A DNA stretch of 64,000 nucleotides from a virus (lineage: Duplodnaviria > Caudoviricetes): IMG/VR virus record IMGVR_UViG_2889049205_000001, positions 164,842-228,841 of that record; one strand, written 5' to 3'. Below, in pieces: positions 36,605 to 46,397 of the stretch (positions within the stretch are counted from its first letter, which is position 1; each line of letters begins with the position of its first letter). The notes below the pieces were generated by a model. That model did no database searches and was not told the origin of the DNA. It saw only the letters and a program-made list of their open reading frames with translations. The translations under genes were made by a program, and so were the position numbers.

Positions 36605-36844
36605 TTATTGTCCCCTTTGTTTGTTGACTTCTTCTTGATAGCAGCTAACATGGCATTTGTTCGCAATCTCCAAATCTAAGTACCTCATCCAAGCCCCGTT
36701 GTTTCCCGGCGGGGACTTGCTGCTTGGCTCCTTTACATTACGGCCGCAGAGCCGGCAGTACACCGGCGCATCCACGGCTTGTAATGTTTGCTGCATGGCG
36801 ATCTGCGTGAAGCTCATTTGACCAAAGCTCTTGTTCTTTGCCAT
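36605..36844 (-). CDS. Small zinc-binding hypothetical protein
   Basis: CRLC and CHVSC. Confidence 0.6.
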   Translation of the reverse strand: MAKNKSFGQMSFTQIAMQQTLQAVDAPVYCRLCGRNVKEPSSKSPPGNNGAWMRYLDLEIANKCHVSCYQEEVNKQRGQ

Positions 36845-36846
36845 GA

Positions 36847-37461
36847 TCACATCGGCTCCTCGGGCCCATCCATCCAGATGGCATTAACACCAGACTTGGT
36901 TGGTTTGATGTCCGTCAGTTTCCGCTTGCCCTGTCCTACTCCGTCAATGAAGTAATCAAACTGATTTCCAATAAACGGGCGCATAGGTTCGAAATCGATC
37001 TTGTCGGCCGCCTCGTCGTATCGGATCATTGTGCCGTCCGGCAGTTTGATCTTCTCGATAAAGCCCTTGTTCTCTTCCACATGCTTGTAGTGGACCTCGA
37101 ACCTACCGGCGTCCAGATCGATTCGCTCCCGGCGGATCATCATATTCAGAGCCTGCTCGGTATGCAGTTCCCGCTTACAGAGGCTGCCCTCTTGCGTCAG
37201 GACGCACGATCGGCATGCCATATGCGAAGAGTCATACGAGCGGCACTTGTAGCAGATAGGGCATTCCTGGAAGGCCGAGCAGACGCCATGCACTTTATGC
37301 CTCGGCATATTGAGCGGATCCCCGGTACTCAAGTTTACTCTCTTTCCTGGATTGATCTTCAGGCTCTTGCGCTGTTCTTCCTCTTTGTATTCTTCCACCA
37401 GGTCCTGACGCTTGCTGCGGGTCAGTCCCTTTTCATAAAAGCGAGTCTCGTCAAAGGCCAT
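36847..37461 (-). CDS. Cys-rich hypothetical protein
   Basis: Multiple CxxC; AAGGAG RBS. Confidence 0.65.
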   Translation of the reverse strand: MAFDETRFYEKGLTRSKRQDLVEEYKEEEQRKSLKINPGKRVNLSTGDPLNMPRHKVHGVCSAFQECPICYKCRSYDSSHMACRSCVLTQEGSLCKRELHTEQALNMMIRRERIDLDAGRFEVHYKHVEENKGFIEKIKLPDGTMIRYDEAADKIDFEPMRPFIGNQFDYFIDGVGQGKRKLTDIKPTKSGVNAIWMDGPEEPM

Positions 37462-37473
37462 GTTGCATTCTCC

Positions 37474-37824
37474 TTACGCAATATCGTTATCAAAGCCAAG
37501 GTCGATCAGATCTTTAAGCGTCAGCGTGAGCTTGCGATCTTTGTTCGGATCTTTCTCCGCTTCCTCCAGTTTTATCTCCAGCTTTTTGTTTTCAGAATCG
37601 AGCTCGTCCATCTTGGCCGTCTTCTCCCGGATCTCGTTGACGACCTCAACCATGCGGCCTGTCGGTGGCTCACCTTTGATCTTTGGCAGCGAATTGTATT
37701 CCTGGTTCAGCTTGCCGAGCTGCGTGGATAGGCTCTTCATCTCCATCTTGTTCATGGAGATTTTGTTGCTCATTTGCTCCTCGATCTCAGCGAGGGTTTT
37801 GGATGGTCCGATTAACATGATCAA
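37474..37824 (-). CDS. Coiled-coil hypothetical protein
   Basis: GAGGAG RBS; heptads. Confidence 0.65.
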   Translation of the reverse strand: MIMLIGPSKTLAEIEEQMSNKISMNKMEMKSLSTQLGKLNQEYNSLPKIKGEPPTGRMVEVVNEIREKTAKMDELDSENKKLEIKLEEAEKDPNKDRKLTLTLKDLIDLGFDNDIA

Positions 37825-37838
37825 TTCACTCCTCTTTC

Positions 37839-38810
37839 TTATTTGTAATACGTTACGTTAAAGTTGTCGATTAAGGTTTCAACAGCACCACTGGAAGTGT
37901 TGGCCCCTTCAAAGGTCAAGGTTTGTACCGAGAACGATGGATCGTAGGTGGTCGTCAGCTCGGTTTCATTGTAACGAACCTTCAGCGTCCCATTGCCGTC
38001 ACCTTCTACCACCAAACGTGAAGGAGACAAGAAGAAGGTGCCGTCGTGCAGCTTGGTCAGATCAATCGGCAGGTTGTACTGCTTTGAGCTGTCTTTGCCA
38101 TTCACCGAGAAAATGATGTAGTTTTGGGTGACATAGACGGTGCCGACGCCACTGGCATGAAGCATGAACAGCGTCTCGGTCATGTCGCTCACGGACTTCG
38201 GCGCTAAGTATACGTCAATGACGAAACGGCTATGATCCGGAATCGGCTCCGGAAGCGTCTGCTTGAAGTCCTGCAGATCGTAATACTTCTTGGCCGGCTC
38301 ATAGATGGCCGTGCTGCTTTCAAAGCCTGGCGGATACTCGAACGTATCGAACGTCGCTGCCAAAAGCGTTTGCTGCACGACCGGAGGGACATACGATTGC
38401 TCCAGGCGGGCCAGGTTATTCCCCTTGAGCCCGGCATCATAAATCGGGCTGATTTGGGTGATATCCAGGCCAAGCGGATTGATGTTGGCCGTACTCGAGA
38501 TCAGTCCGATCACCATGCTCTCTGCTGTGTTCTTGTTGTTCTTCGCCTCGAAGACCCATTTCTGGTGCGGCGCAAACCGGGTGCGGAGAAAGTCGATGTC
38601 ATGCTTCGTATCGCCTTCTACTGGCGCATCGAAGTTGAAGGTGCCAAGCTTAAATTCGGACTTCTTCACGGCGTTATTCATAATCTCGGAGATCTTCATG
38701 TTGAAGATCAGCTCGATCTTGGTATTGTTCTTGACGTTGTAGCTGAGAACTTCGAACAGGCATTCAAGCCGGTGCGTCTTTTCCGTGTCGAAATAATATG
38801 AGAATAGCAT
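37839..38810 (-). CDS. Hypothetical beta-rich protein
   Basis: 323 aa; GGAGGAG RBS. Confidence 0.7.
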   Translation of the reverse strand: MLFSYYFDTEKTHRLECLFEVLSYNVKNNTKIELIFNMKISEIMNNAVKKSEFKLGTFNFDAPVEGDTKHDIDFLRTRFAPHQKWVFEAKNNKNTAESMVIGLISSTANINPLGLDITQISPIYDAGLKGNNLARLEQSYVPPVVQQTLLAATFDTFEYPPGFESSTAIYEPAKKYYDLQDFKQTLPEPIPDHSRFVIDVYLAPKSVSDMTETLFMLHASGVGTVYVTQNYIIFSVNGKDSSKQYNLPIDLTKLHDGTFFLSPSRLVVEGDGNGTLKVRYNETELTTTYDPSFSVQTLTFEGANTSSGAVETLIDNFNVTYYK

Positions 38811-38813
38811 CGA

Positions 38814-39365
38814 TTAGTTCTCCTCCCGCTTCGTGATCGTCATCTGGGAGCTGTCTTTCCAGCTTGCCAGATCCGTGGCGATCGCTACTTCCACGCTGCC
38901 CTGTGGCTTAAATGTCAGCGCCTTGCTGGCCTCGTCGAACTTGATGTTGGTGCGAAGTCCAAAGCTGTGCGCCACAAAGCCGCCCAAACCGATTTCAATA
39001 TTCGAGAGCTGCCGCATATGCGTTTGCATGTCATCCACCATTTGCTGGTTACGACCCCCGAGATCAGAAAGGATCTTCTCAAAATCAACCTTTAGCCCAA
39101 GATGCCGATCCAGCCGTGACTTGGCCGTTTCAAGTTGCTTTTGCTTATCGGGCGGGATGACCGGAAAGCCCGCAACCTCCGTCTCCAAGTTGCGGATGAT
39201 CTGCGCCTGGTCCACGATGTTTTCTGTGTTCTTGGCGACTTCAGCCTTGTACGATTGAATGGTATCTTCCAATCGTACCTTCGTCTGAATCTCCCCGACC
39301 ATCAAATTGCGCAGATACTTCTGCTGCTGTTCAGGTGTGCTGCTTTCTTGTATTACGAACTCCAC
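38814..39365 (-). CDS. Hypothetical coiled-coil protein
   Basis: AGGAGG RBS. Confidence 0.7.
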   Translation of the reverse strand: MEFVIQESSTPEQQQKYLRNLMVGEIQTKVRLEDTIQSYKAEVAKNTENIVDQAQIIRNLETEVAGFPVIPPDKQKQLETAKSRLDRHLGLKVDFEKILSDLGGRNQQMVDDMQTHMRQLSNIEIGLGGFVAHSFGLRTNIKFDEASKALTFKPQGSVEVAIATDLASWKDSSQMTITKREEN

Positions 39366-39377
39366 TTGAATCCCTCC

Positions 39378-39710
39378 TTAAATGTTGAGCGAATGTTGAT
39401 GATATTGGCTCTGCCGGCGCCGGCGCTTGCGGGCTACTTCTGCATCGGTCGGATGATACAGCCCGTTCTGGTTGATCTTCTGACGGCAGCGGCGGATGTC
39501 CTCCGGCGGCGTGGCATACACCATATCTTCCAGACTCACGCAGCTGTCATAAGTGCGCCAGTACAGATAGATCAGTACGTTGTCGCTGTTCCGAGCAGCC
39601 TCGTGCTCATGAAGCAGGCTCATTACCCGATCACCGATTGTTTTCAAGTCTCTAATCGGCTGGATGGATGCTGGTTCGCCAAACAGATCCACATTTTTAA
39701 ATTGTTCCAT
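39378..39710 (-). CDS. Hypothetical protein
   Basis: GGAGG RBS; 110 aa. Confidence 0.65.
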   Translation of the reverse strand: MEQFKNVDLFGEPASIQPIRDLKTIGDRVMSLLHEHEAARNSDNVLIYLYWRTYDSCVSLEDMVYATPPEDIRRCRQKINQNGLYHPTDAEVARKRRRRQSQYHQHSLNI

Positions 39711-39769
39711 GCTCTTCGCCTCCAGTGAAGAAGAATTTGATATATGAACTCCCTGCGGAGTTAATATCC

Positions 39770-40852
39770 CTATGCTTGATTAATCAGGGATGCGTATCGT
39801 CGGCAATCCTCGATTGGCGCCTCAACCGCATACGACCAGTCCGGCGTGAACTCATAGAACCGGGTTCCCTTGAAACTACCAAACTTGTTCTTGCCGATAC
39901 GCATTTCAATAACGGGCATCTTGCGTTCCTCATCTTCGTTAATCCAATAGACTGCTGCATTCTCTTCCTTCACGCCTACATCGCTGTAGAGCAGGCAGAT
40001 CAGGTTGGCCTCGTATTGAAGCTCGATGGTATCCTTCAAATCCTCGACGGTCGGCCGCTTGTTGCCGGTCTTACGAAGATGGGCAGTACACATGACAACT
40101 GCGTTGTAGGTGACGGTCCATTTCTTGAGCGCCTTGGCCACGTAGGTGTTTTTGGCGTCGCTGTTGTTAAACTTCTCGCTCTCGACAGTAATATCGTTGA
40201 ACGAGTCGATGGCGATAACGATCCGTGTTCCCTCGGGCAGCGTCATGATGATGTCCTTAATATGCTGCTCCATACCTTCAAGAGAAGTAGTGTGATTCGA
40301 ATCGAACATGCCGAACCTATCCGTGCGGCGAAACAAATTCTTGAGCCCTTCGTTGCGCTTTTCCAGGATGTCTTTTTGTTCAGAAAAGCGTTCCGGCATC
40401 TTGGCTTGGGCGATTGTAATCCGCTGATCACAGGCAATATAACGTGGCATCAGCTCGTTGTTGCTGTCATCAAGGGAATGATACGAGACATAAACCCGGT
40501 CATTCCGCTCGGCCATCTGTTTGCAAATCTGAAGCATGAGGGCAGATTTACCCACGTTTGGTGCTGCAGCAAAGAGGATAAGCCCCGGCTGAGCTCCGCC
40601 CTCAATCAATTCATCGAAGAGATCGAAGCCTGTAGCCAAGCCTCCTCGAGATCCCCTGCTCCATGCATAGTTGTCCATGCTTAGGATGTTCGCCACCATT
40701 TGCCGCTCAATGATATTGAGGTCCCGGCCGAATAGCGCTCGTTCATCGGTAATCATGAGGCGCTGCGGATTGTTTGGATCCTGCACGAAAACGCTGCTGT
40801 CCGTCCGCATCTGTTCATTCATCTGCCGCATTAAATCCTCGAAATTGCTCAT
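39770..40852 (-). CDS. DnaB-like replicative helicase
   Basis: TGFDLFD, AAPNVGKS Walker A, IAIDS, RPT.EDLK..E.EA and KNKFG. Confidence 0.88.
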   Translation of the reverse strand: MSNFEDLMRQMNEQMRTDSSVFVQDPNNPQRLMITDERALFGRDLNIIERQMVANILSMDNYAWSRGSRGGLATGFDLFDELIEGGAQPGLILFAAAPNVGKSALMLQICKQMAERNDRVYVSYHSLDDSNNELMPRYIACDQRITIAQAKMPERFSEQKDILEKRNEGLKNLFRRTDRFGMFDSNHTTSLEGMEQHIKDIIMTLPEGTRIVIAIDSFNDITVESEKFNNSDAKNTYVAKALKKWTVTYNAVVMCTAHLRKTGNKRPTVEDLKDTIELQYEANLICLLYSDVGVKEENAAVYWINEDEERKMPVIEMRIGKNKFGSFKGTRFYEFTPDWSYAVEAPIEDCRRYASLINQA

Positions 40853-40859
40853 TCTGACT

Positions 40860-41080
40860 GTCTCCTCCGGCGGGGTCGTCTTCACCCCTTGCGCATAGCT
40901 GCTTCCATACCTCGCCCTATTTCAGAAGTCACGTATGAATTCTGATGTAGATATGTAACGAGGAAGCGACCCTATGCGCAAGGGGAGCTGGCGAACTCCC
41001 CTCTATATGTTCACAGGAGGCGGAGCGGGTATGCGACGCCCACTCCTGTCTGGATACGTGATGGTACGTGATCCACACAG
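40860..41080 (-). ncRNA. Highly structured intergenic RNA leader upstream of the helicase
   Basis: A 100-nt hairpin closed by CCCCTTGCGCATAG/CTATGCGCAAGGGG plus three further stems. Confidence 0.45.
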
Positions 41081-41092
41081 GAAAGGGCCTCG

Positions 41093-42178
41093 TTATCCGA
41101 TGGCCTTCCCTCTAAATAATGGGCAATTCACTTTATCGCACACGCCGCTGGCTGCTTTGAATGTCTCGCACCCATAGCGATACTGGCCGTTAAAGACCGA
41201 ATGCACGGTTGTTTCTACCTCCCGTGACGGCAGCGACGGAACGCAGTTTTCCTCACCCCATAGAACTAGGCGAGCAAGCGCCTCCTCCCTCTCCATCCCT
41301 TGTTGCATGAAGAAGCTGGCAAGTGCTGCGCATGCGTTGTTGCGGCCGTCAATAGTTTCCCGGAATGTTTTGTCCAGCATTGTAGTAATGCAGATCGGCA
41401 GCTCCTCGAGCTTGCGCATCCGGCCACTGAACTCTTTGCGGCTGTTGGCTCGATCTGTCCATGTCTTGATGTATTTCTCCAGTGCGAGCTTTGCCCGCTG
41501 CGAGAGCATCGGCGGCGGCTTACGGAGCTGCCTTGGCGACATGGCCAAATTTCGAATATCCTGCAATGACATGTTCGTAAGCTCCTGGTACGTGACCGGG
41601 ATCTTGTAACGCTGGCCCTTGATGTTGAAGCTGTTGACCATACGGAACATCCGTTTATCGTCATACATCTTCGGGTCCATCGTGTCATGCAGGCAGTATT
41701 TTTTTATATCGTTAAAGATCTCTTTGTAAATCATGTTCAGCGAGTAGTGCGGCTGCAGGCCGAGCACGGCGGCATCCACGGTTAAATGGATCCCCTTCTG
41801 ACCGGAAAAGTAGAGATTGACTTGGTCAGGCTCGACGGCCAGGATCAGCTTCAGATACCGCATCGCCACGCTTACGTCGAATTTGATCTTGTCGAAGTCG
41901 TCGTCAGTTTGAAGCGGGTAATCGAAATCAAGGTAGAAGTCTCCGTATTTCAGCGACTCTCCAGCATTGATCAGCCACTTCTTCTTATCATTTTGGTACC
42001 ATACTGGGTTGATGTATTGCATCATGGTCATGTACACGCCGGCATTGTTGTACTTCTGCCGGAACTCGTCCACTTGCTGAGGTGTCATGTAGTGCTTCCG
42101 AGTGAACGTAAACTTGCTGTCTTTGACCCAAGGCAGATCCGCTCCACACTCCACGAATATGGCTGGCTGTTCGTTCAT
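41093..42178 (-). CDS. AEP-family primase with PriCT-type C-terminus
   Basis: FYLDFD, YFSGQKGIH, RMFRMVNS and GRNN...P.L...EV.....SV. Confidence 0.85.
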   Translation of the reverse strand: MNEQPAIFVECGADLPWVKDSKFTFTRKHYMTPQQVDEFRQKYNNAGVYMTMMQYINPVWYQNDKKKWLINAGESLKYGDFYLDFDYPLQTDDDFDKIKFDVSVAMRYLKLILAVEPDQVNLYFSGQKGIHLTVDAAVLGLQPHYSLNMIYKEIFNDIKKYCLHDTMDPKMYDDKRMFRMVNSFNIKGQRYKIPVTYQELTNMSLQDIRNLAMSPRQLRKPPPMLSQRAKLALEKYIKTWTDRANSRKEFSGRMRKLEELPICITTMLDKTFRETIDGRNNACAALASFFMQQGMEREEALARLVLWGEENCVPSLPSREVETTVHSVFNGQYRYGCETFKAASGVCDKVNCPLFRGKAIG

Positions 42179-42900
42179 GCTTGATCCTTTCTTCGAATCA
42201 CTCTATTGATCCCTACCTGCTTATGGGTGTTCTCTTTTTCACGAATAAACTCCAGCGCCTTGTCCATGTACCGCTCCAAGTCAAACGCATTGCGCAGCGG
42301 CGACAAATTCATTTCGGCCCGGCTGGACTTGGAGACATCAATGGCAAACAGGATCTCGTCGAGCCCGTAAATGCCAAGAAAATGTTTGAACTTGCCCTCG
42401 TCTTGCCGCTTCATATGATCATGCGGCGTGATTTGGCAGCTCGTATACCAGTAGTCCATAAGCTCCTTCATCGTAAAGCGCCTCTTCATTTCGAGGAAGA
42501 ACGGCTCCGAATGACGGATCATTTGACCGGTTTCCGGGTCCATGCGCATCCGAACTGGCGGCGGCACCTCCCGCAGGATGTTGTGATAATAGAACACGTC
42601 AGGTTGCATGATGTTGTCGGGAGGCTGCTTGTTCACGAAGATCTCTTCCAAGTGATAAATCCTCGTCACCATGGATGGATACTCCTTGGCAAACTTCATG
42701 ATTTCTTCTTGGATATCTTCGAGCGCCCAGCCACCGCTGATCAATCGTTCGATTGTTTTTATGGACTTGGCCACTTTATTTTCAATGTTGGCTGCAGATT
42801 GATTAACCTCTCTGACAAACCATTCTGCCAGTGCGAGGTTGGTACCGTCGGGGGCCGCCTTGCGGACCCCTTCGATTTCCATGTCCCATCGTTGATTCAT
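42175..42900 (-). CDS. Hypothetical replication-cluster protein
   Basis: 241 aa, coupled to the primase. Confidence 0.7.
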   Translation of the reverse strand: MNQRWDMEIEGVRKAAPDGTNLALAEWFVREVNQSAANIENKVAKSIKTIERLISGGWALEDIQEEIMKFAKEYPSMVTRIYHLEEIFVNKQPPDNIMQPDVFYYHNILREVPPPVRMRMDPETGQMIRHSEPFFLEMKRRFTMKELMDYWYTSCQITPHDHMKRQDEGKFKHFLGIYGLDEILFAIDVSKSSRAEMNLSPLRNAFDLERYMDKALEFIREKENTHKQVGINRVIRRKDQA

Positions 42901-42914
42901 GAGCTCATCCCCCT

Positions 42915-44162
42915 TTACACGGCGATGTTCATCAGATAATCATTCAGCCCTTTGAGATTTTCAGGGGTGATGTCTTTCATCGAAGCTTCGGAATTTTTCA
43001 GGTAATCCCGAATATACGAATTCATCTGCTCTTCCGACTGGATGTTGAGGCGGCCACGGTGCTCATGCATGCGCATCAATTCGCTTTGATTCCACTCAAT
43101 CGGAACAGCGCTCGGCTGCGTTGCCTGCTGCTCCTGCGCCGATGCGGGCGTCATGGGTTGCTGAGCTTGTACGGGCGCCCCGTAGCTTTGAGGCTGTGCG
43201 GCGTATCCCTGCGGCTGTGCTTGTCCCTGTGGCTGCGCTGCGCCTTGTGGCTGTGCCATGAATGCTTGTTCTTGCGGCTGGCCATTTACCGGCTGCTGCT
43301 GATTAGGCATGTTCACTCGATCCCACTCTGCAGCTTCCGGTGTACCCTCGTTATGTGGGTTGAATGGATAGCTGTTCGGATTGGTCGCATCGAAGTTCCC
43401 ATTAGCCTCCTGGTTCACATCCTGCGGCCATCCGCCTTGCTGCTGTTGCACTGGCAATTGCTGACCAGTTGGATACTGGTACACATTGCCGAATGCTTGC
43501 TGTTGTTGTGGCTGCTGATATCCTGGGTTCATATCATAAGCCTGCGGCTGTGCCTGCCACTGAGGTTGCGGCGTCCATGTCGGATCCGTTGCCGGAGACC
43601 ACTGCTGCTGTTGGCCATTCGGATACGGAGCGGGCTGCTGCTGATATTGTGGCGCCTGTTGGAATTGGTAGTTTGGATCGCCCATCATTTGCTGGTACTG
43701 CTGCTCGTCATCCATCTCGACTTTAATCTTGGAGTAGATTTCTTCACCGACACTGAAGAGCGAAGCAGCCTTTTTGAAGGCATCAGATGCGGCCGCCTTG
43801 TATGCGGAGTTCTGGTTGTCCTTCCCACCAATAGCGATCTTACAGCCGTATTGTTCCCGCTGCCCAACGCCCGCTATGTAGAGCCAGCCTTTTACGTGAT
43901 ACACGTAGCCGTCGAACTGATAGCTGTTTGAAACTTTATCATGTTTGTAAACTTCTTCTCGCCACTCCCGCTCGATACCGAAGTCCCAATAAGAAACGCC
44001 TTCCACGGCGTGGTCAATGATCTGGCGCATAGTATTGTGGCCGAGGACCGGTTTACCCTTAGGGTCCTTCTCCAGCCACTCGTCCTTACACTTTTTCAAT
44101 GTTTCTTTGATCTTCTTGATCTGCTCAAAATCCGGCAAATACTTCTCGATCGTCGGTCGCAT
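42915..44162 (-). CDS. Rad52/Rad22-like single-strand annealing protein with long Q/P-rich linker
   Basis: AYKAAASDAFKKAASLFSVGEEIY motif. Confidence 0.7.
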   Translation of the reverse strand: MRPTIEKYLPDFEQIKKIKETLKKCKDEWLEKDPKGKPVLGHNTMRQIIDHAVEGVSYWDFGIEREWREEVYKHDKVSNSYQFDGYVYHVKGWLYIAGVGQREQYGCKIAIGGKDNQNSAYKAAASDAFKKAASLFSVGEEIYSKIKVEMDDEQQYQQMMGDPNYQFQQAPQYQQQPAPYPNGQQQQWSPATDPTWTPQPQWQAQPQAYDMNPGYQQPQQQQAFGNVYQYPTGQQLPVQQQQGGWPQDVNQEANGNFDATNPNSYPFNPHNEGTPEAAEWDRVNMPNQQQPVNGQPQEQAFMAQPQGAAQPQGQAQPQGYAAQPQSYGAPVQAQQPMTPASAQEQQATQPSAVPIEWNQSELMRMHEHRGRLNIQSEEQMNSYIRDYLKNSEASMKDITPENLKGLNDYLMNIAV

Positions 44163-44185
44163 GAATCAATCGCCTCCTGTTTCAA

Positions 44186-44250
44186 TTCGCCATTTTATTA
44201 TAGCCCGCATATGAGGGTGTTGCAATGATCATTATTGTAATGCGTTACAC
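44186..44250 (-). promoter_or_regulatory. SigA promoter with upstream operator TGTAATGCGTTACAC
   Basis: TTGCAA-17-TATAAT on the - strand; operator at 44236-44250. Confidence 0.7.
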
Positions 44251-44294
44251 AATAATAATAACACCACCTTCAACAGTAATCAATGCCTAGACGC

Positions 44295-44330
44295 AAAAAA
44301 ACGCAGGATATGTTGCGTATCCTGCGTTTT
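44295..44330. terminator. Intrinsic terminator ending the structural/lysis operon
   Basis: AAAACGCAGGATA...TATCCTGCGTTTT. Confidence 0.8.
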
Positions 44331-44342
44331 ACTCTGTTTTTC

Positions 44343-44615
44343 TTACGTTTGCTTCTTCTTTGTGAAGATGCCGACGAGATTATAGAAATTAACCACGACG
44401 CCGATCGAACGTTCTGCAACGGAATGAACGAAGTCTTTGGAGATTTTCAGCTCGACAACTTTGCCGAGTTCATCATAGGTCATATCGACAGCTTCGAGAA
44501 CGGCTTCTTTCTTCTGCTCGCCGTTACCTTCAACTTCAAAGGTCTTTACGAGCTCAGCGACCATGATCAGAATAGCCGGCGTAATCGTGAGGTATTGCAC
44601 AGCAGCTTTAATCAT
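44343..44615 (-). CDS. Small holin-like/lysis-associated protein
   Basis: N-terminal hydrophobic helix and G..KK.AV pattern; next to a holin. Confidence 0.5.
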   Translation of the reverse strand: MIKAAVQYLTITPAILIMVAELVKTFEVEGNGEQKKEAVLEAVDMTYDELGKVVELKISKDFVHSVAERSIGVVVNFYNLVGIFTKKKQT

Positions 44616-44616
44616 A

Positions 44617-45138
44617 TTAGACACTCTCCTCTTCATTTGGATCCGCAGTCCGGCGATTCCGAGACGTTTTGGATCTGGTTTGCTTGGCTTTGATTTCCGA
44701 CTGAACCGAATTGATGATGGCTTTTGGAATCCACTTTTCCCATCCTGCCCGGACCGAGTTCGCTGTTAAGCTGTTCCAGGTATGAAAGATCAGGCCCGAT
44801 GTTACGCCGTAGAAGAAAACGCCTGGTGTATGAAAGACGAAATCTAGCATGTTGGCGGCGGCCGGAAAACAGAGAATGAAAATTGTTCGAAGGATTCCGT
44901 TGATACCATATTCAGATGCATAGGTCCCATCCTTCCTGGAAGCTGCGATGCCGCTAATCCAATCCATGAAGATGAAAAATGCATAAATACCGATTAGCGA
45001 CATCCTATCCTCCCCTGTCCCATAAATGGTTTCTGCGAACGATCCGATCGCAGCACCAGCGACACCAATAAAGATCTTCACAGGGGTAATGAAATTCTCA
45101 AAATCGAATGTTTTGTTCGACAAGAACCTTTGCATCAT
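44617..45138 (-). CDS. Phage holin (holin_4_1-like)
   Basis: DWISGI.AS...S..GI.G; S..AN..RAG...P; three hydrophobic segments. Confidence 0.75.
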   Translation of the reverse strand: MMQRFLSNKTFDFENFITPVKIFIGVAGAAIGSFAETIYGTGEDRMSLIGIYAFFIFMDWISGIAASRKDGTYASEYGINGILRTIFILCFPAAANMLDFVFHTPGVFFYGVTSGLIFHTWNSLTANSVRAGWEKWIPKAIINSVQSEIKAKQTRSKTSRNRRTADPNEEESV

Positions 45139-45152
45139 TCCCAACCTCCTTT

Positions 45153-46397
45153 CTATCTCGAATAATTTAGTCTTACAGCATGGAGACATGGATTTACACC
45201 GTTGTTGGGATCTGGATACAGCTTGGTTTTCACCCAAAGTGTCCTGGCATATTGGCCAGTCCACTCGTAGCTTTGCAGCGGCACCAGAGTCCCATCCATC
45301 TCTTCTTTCAACACCTCGTACTCGTAAATCGCTCCATCCAAGAGATGGTCCAGCTTAGTGTCGTAGCTGAAGGCAGAGCGATTGAGAAAGACGTGATCGA
45401 TGGATTCTATGTTGTAAATACCGTCCATGCTGAAAGGAGATAGAATGAAGCCTCCGCCTGGTTCGAACATTGTCAAAAGGACACTTATTTCTTGAGCGCC
45501 AAGAACGAATACCTTCTTGCCATTCAGATCAATTGGGTTCTTCTGAACCAGTGTGATGCGGATCTTCTGCACCGGGACACTTGGAAAGTACCATTTCTTC
45601 CGAGGTGCAAATTCATACGTGTCGATCGATGATATCTCATCCTGTGTGAATCCTTTGATCTGCTGCCACGCATTGGCGTAATGCATTTCTATGTTTTGGA
45701 TCTGGATGCCACGCTCCGGATGCGGATGAATCGTAATCGTATTGATGTTCAGGTTATTGACGAGATGGCTCGGCAGCTCTATCTCCAGAACAGCGTCTTC
45801 TTGGTCCGGCGCCGCCGAGAAGTCATAGCTGACCTTGCGCTGCCAGAAACTTTCATTGTCGCCATTAAAGGCGTTTATCACGTCATTATCGGATACCGTA
45901 CCACCGGTGTTCGTTCGGCCCACCTTCACCTTCAGCTCGGAAGGAACGATGATTTCGCCCGATTTATCATTGACCAGATGTGTCTTTGGAATCTGGTGGA
46001 TAATCGGCAGCGTGACCAGCCGGTACGCCGGGTCCACGTCGCATCGAAGCGCTGTGTCCGCAAGCTCCTGCGCAGCCGCCGGATACTTGGCTTTCATATT
46101 CAAGGCGAAGGTGGATTTACTGAAGATGGGCTCATACGGCGTTACTGCCTCAATGCCGGTCAGCTGCTCTTCCATGCTGGCCATCTTTGATTCCAGGAGG
46201 CTGATGTACTGCTGCTGCGCCGCATGTTCCGCAAGCACGATCTGGTGGACCTCTGTCAGCTGCGCTAGATTCTCATTGCTTTGCCGATAGAGCTCCACCA
46301 TTTCCAGGTACTTGTCATCTTCGTTTGTATTGTAATCGTGAGAGGACGTGGGACCCCTGAACTGGGCCCCGCCGCCTTTACTTGTAGGCATTCTCAT
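45153..46397 (-). CDS. Putative virion structural protein (paralogue family, discoidin-like domain)
   Basis: RGPTSSHDYN...; NAFNGDNESFW. Confidence 0.6.
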   Translation of the reverse strand: MRMPTSKGGGAQFRGPTSSHDYNTNEDDKYLEMVELYRQSNENLAQLTEVHQIVLAEHAAQQQYISLLESKMASMEEQLTGIEAVTPYEPIFSKSTFALNMKAKYPAAAQELADTALRCDVDPAYRLVTLPIIHQIPKTHLVNDKSGEIIVPSELKVKVGRTNTGGTVSDNDVINAFNGDNESFWQRKVSYDFSAAPDQEDAVLEIELPSHLVNNLNINTITIHPHPERGIQIQNIEMHYANAWQQIKGFTQDEISSIDTYEFAPRKKWYFPSVPVQKIRITLVQKNPIDLNGKKVFVLGAQEISVLLTMFEPGGGFILSPFSMDGIYNIESIDHVFLNRSAFSYDTKLDHLLDGAIYEYEVLKEEMDGTLVPLQSYEWTGQYARTLWVKTKLYPDPNNGVNPCLHAVRLNYSR

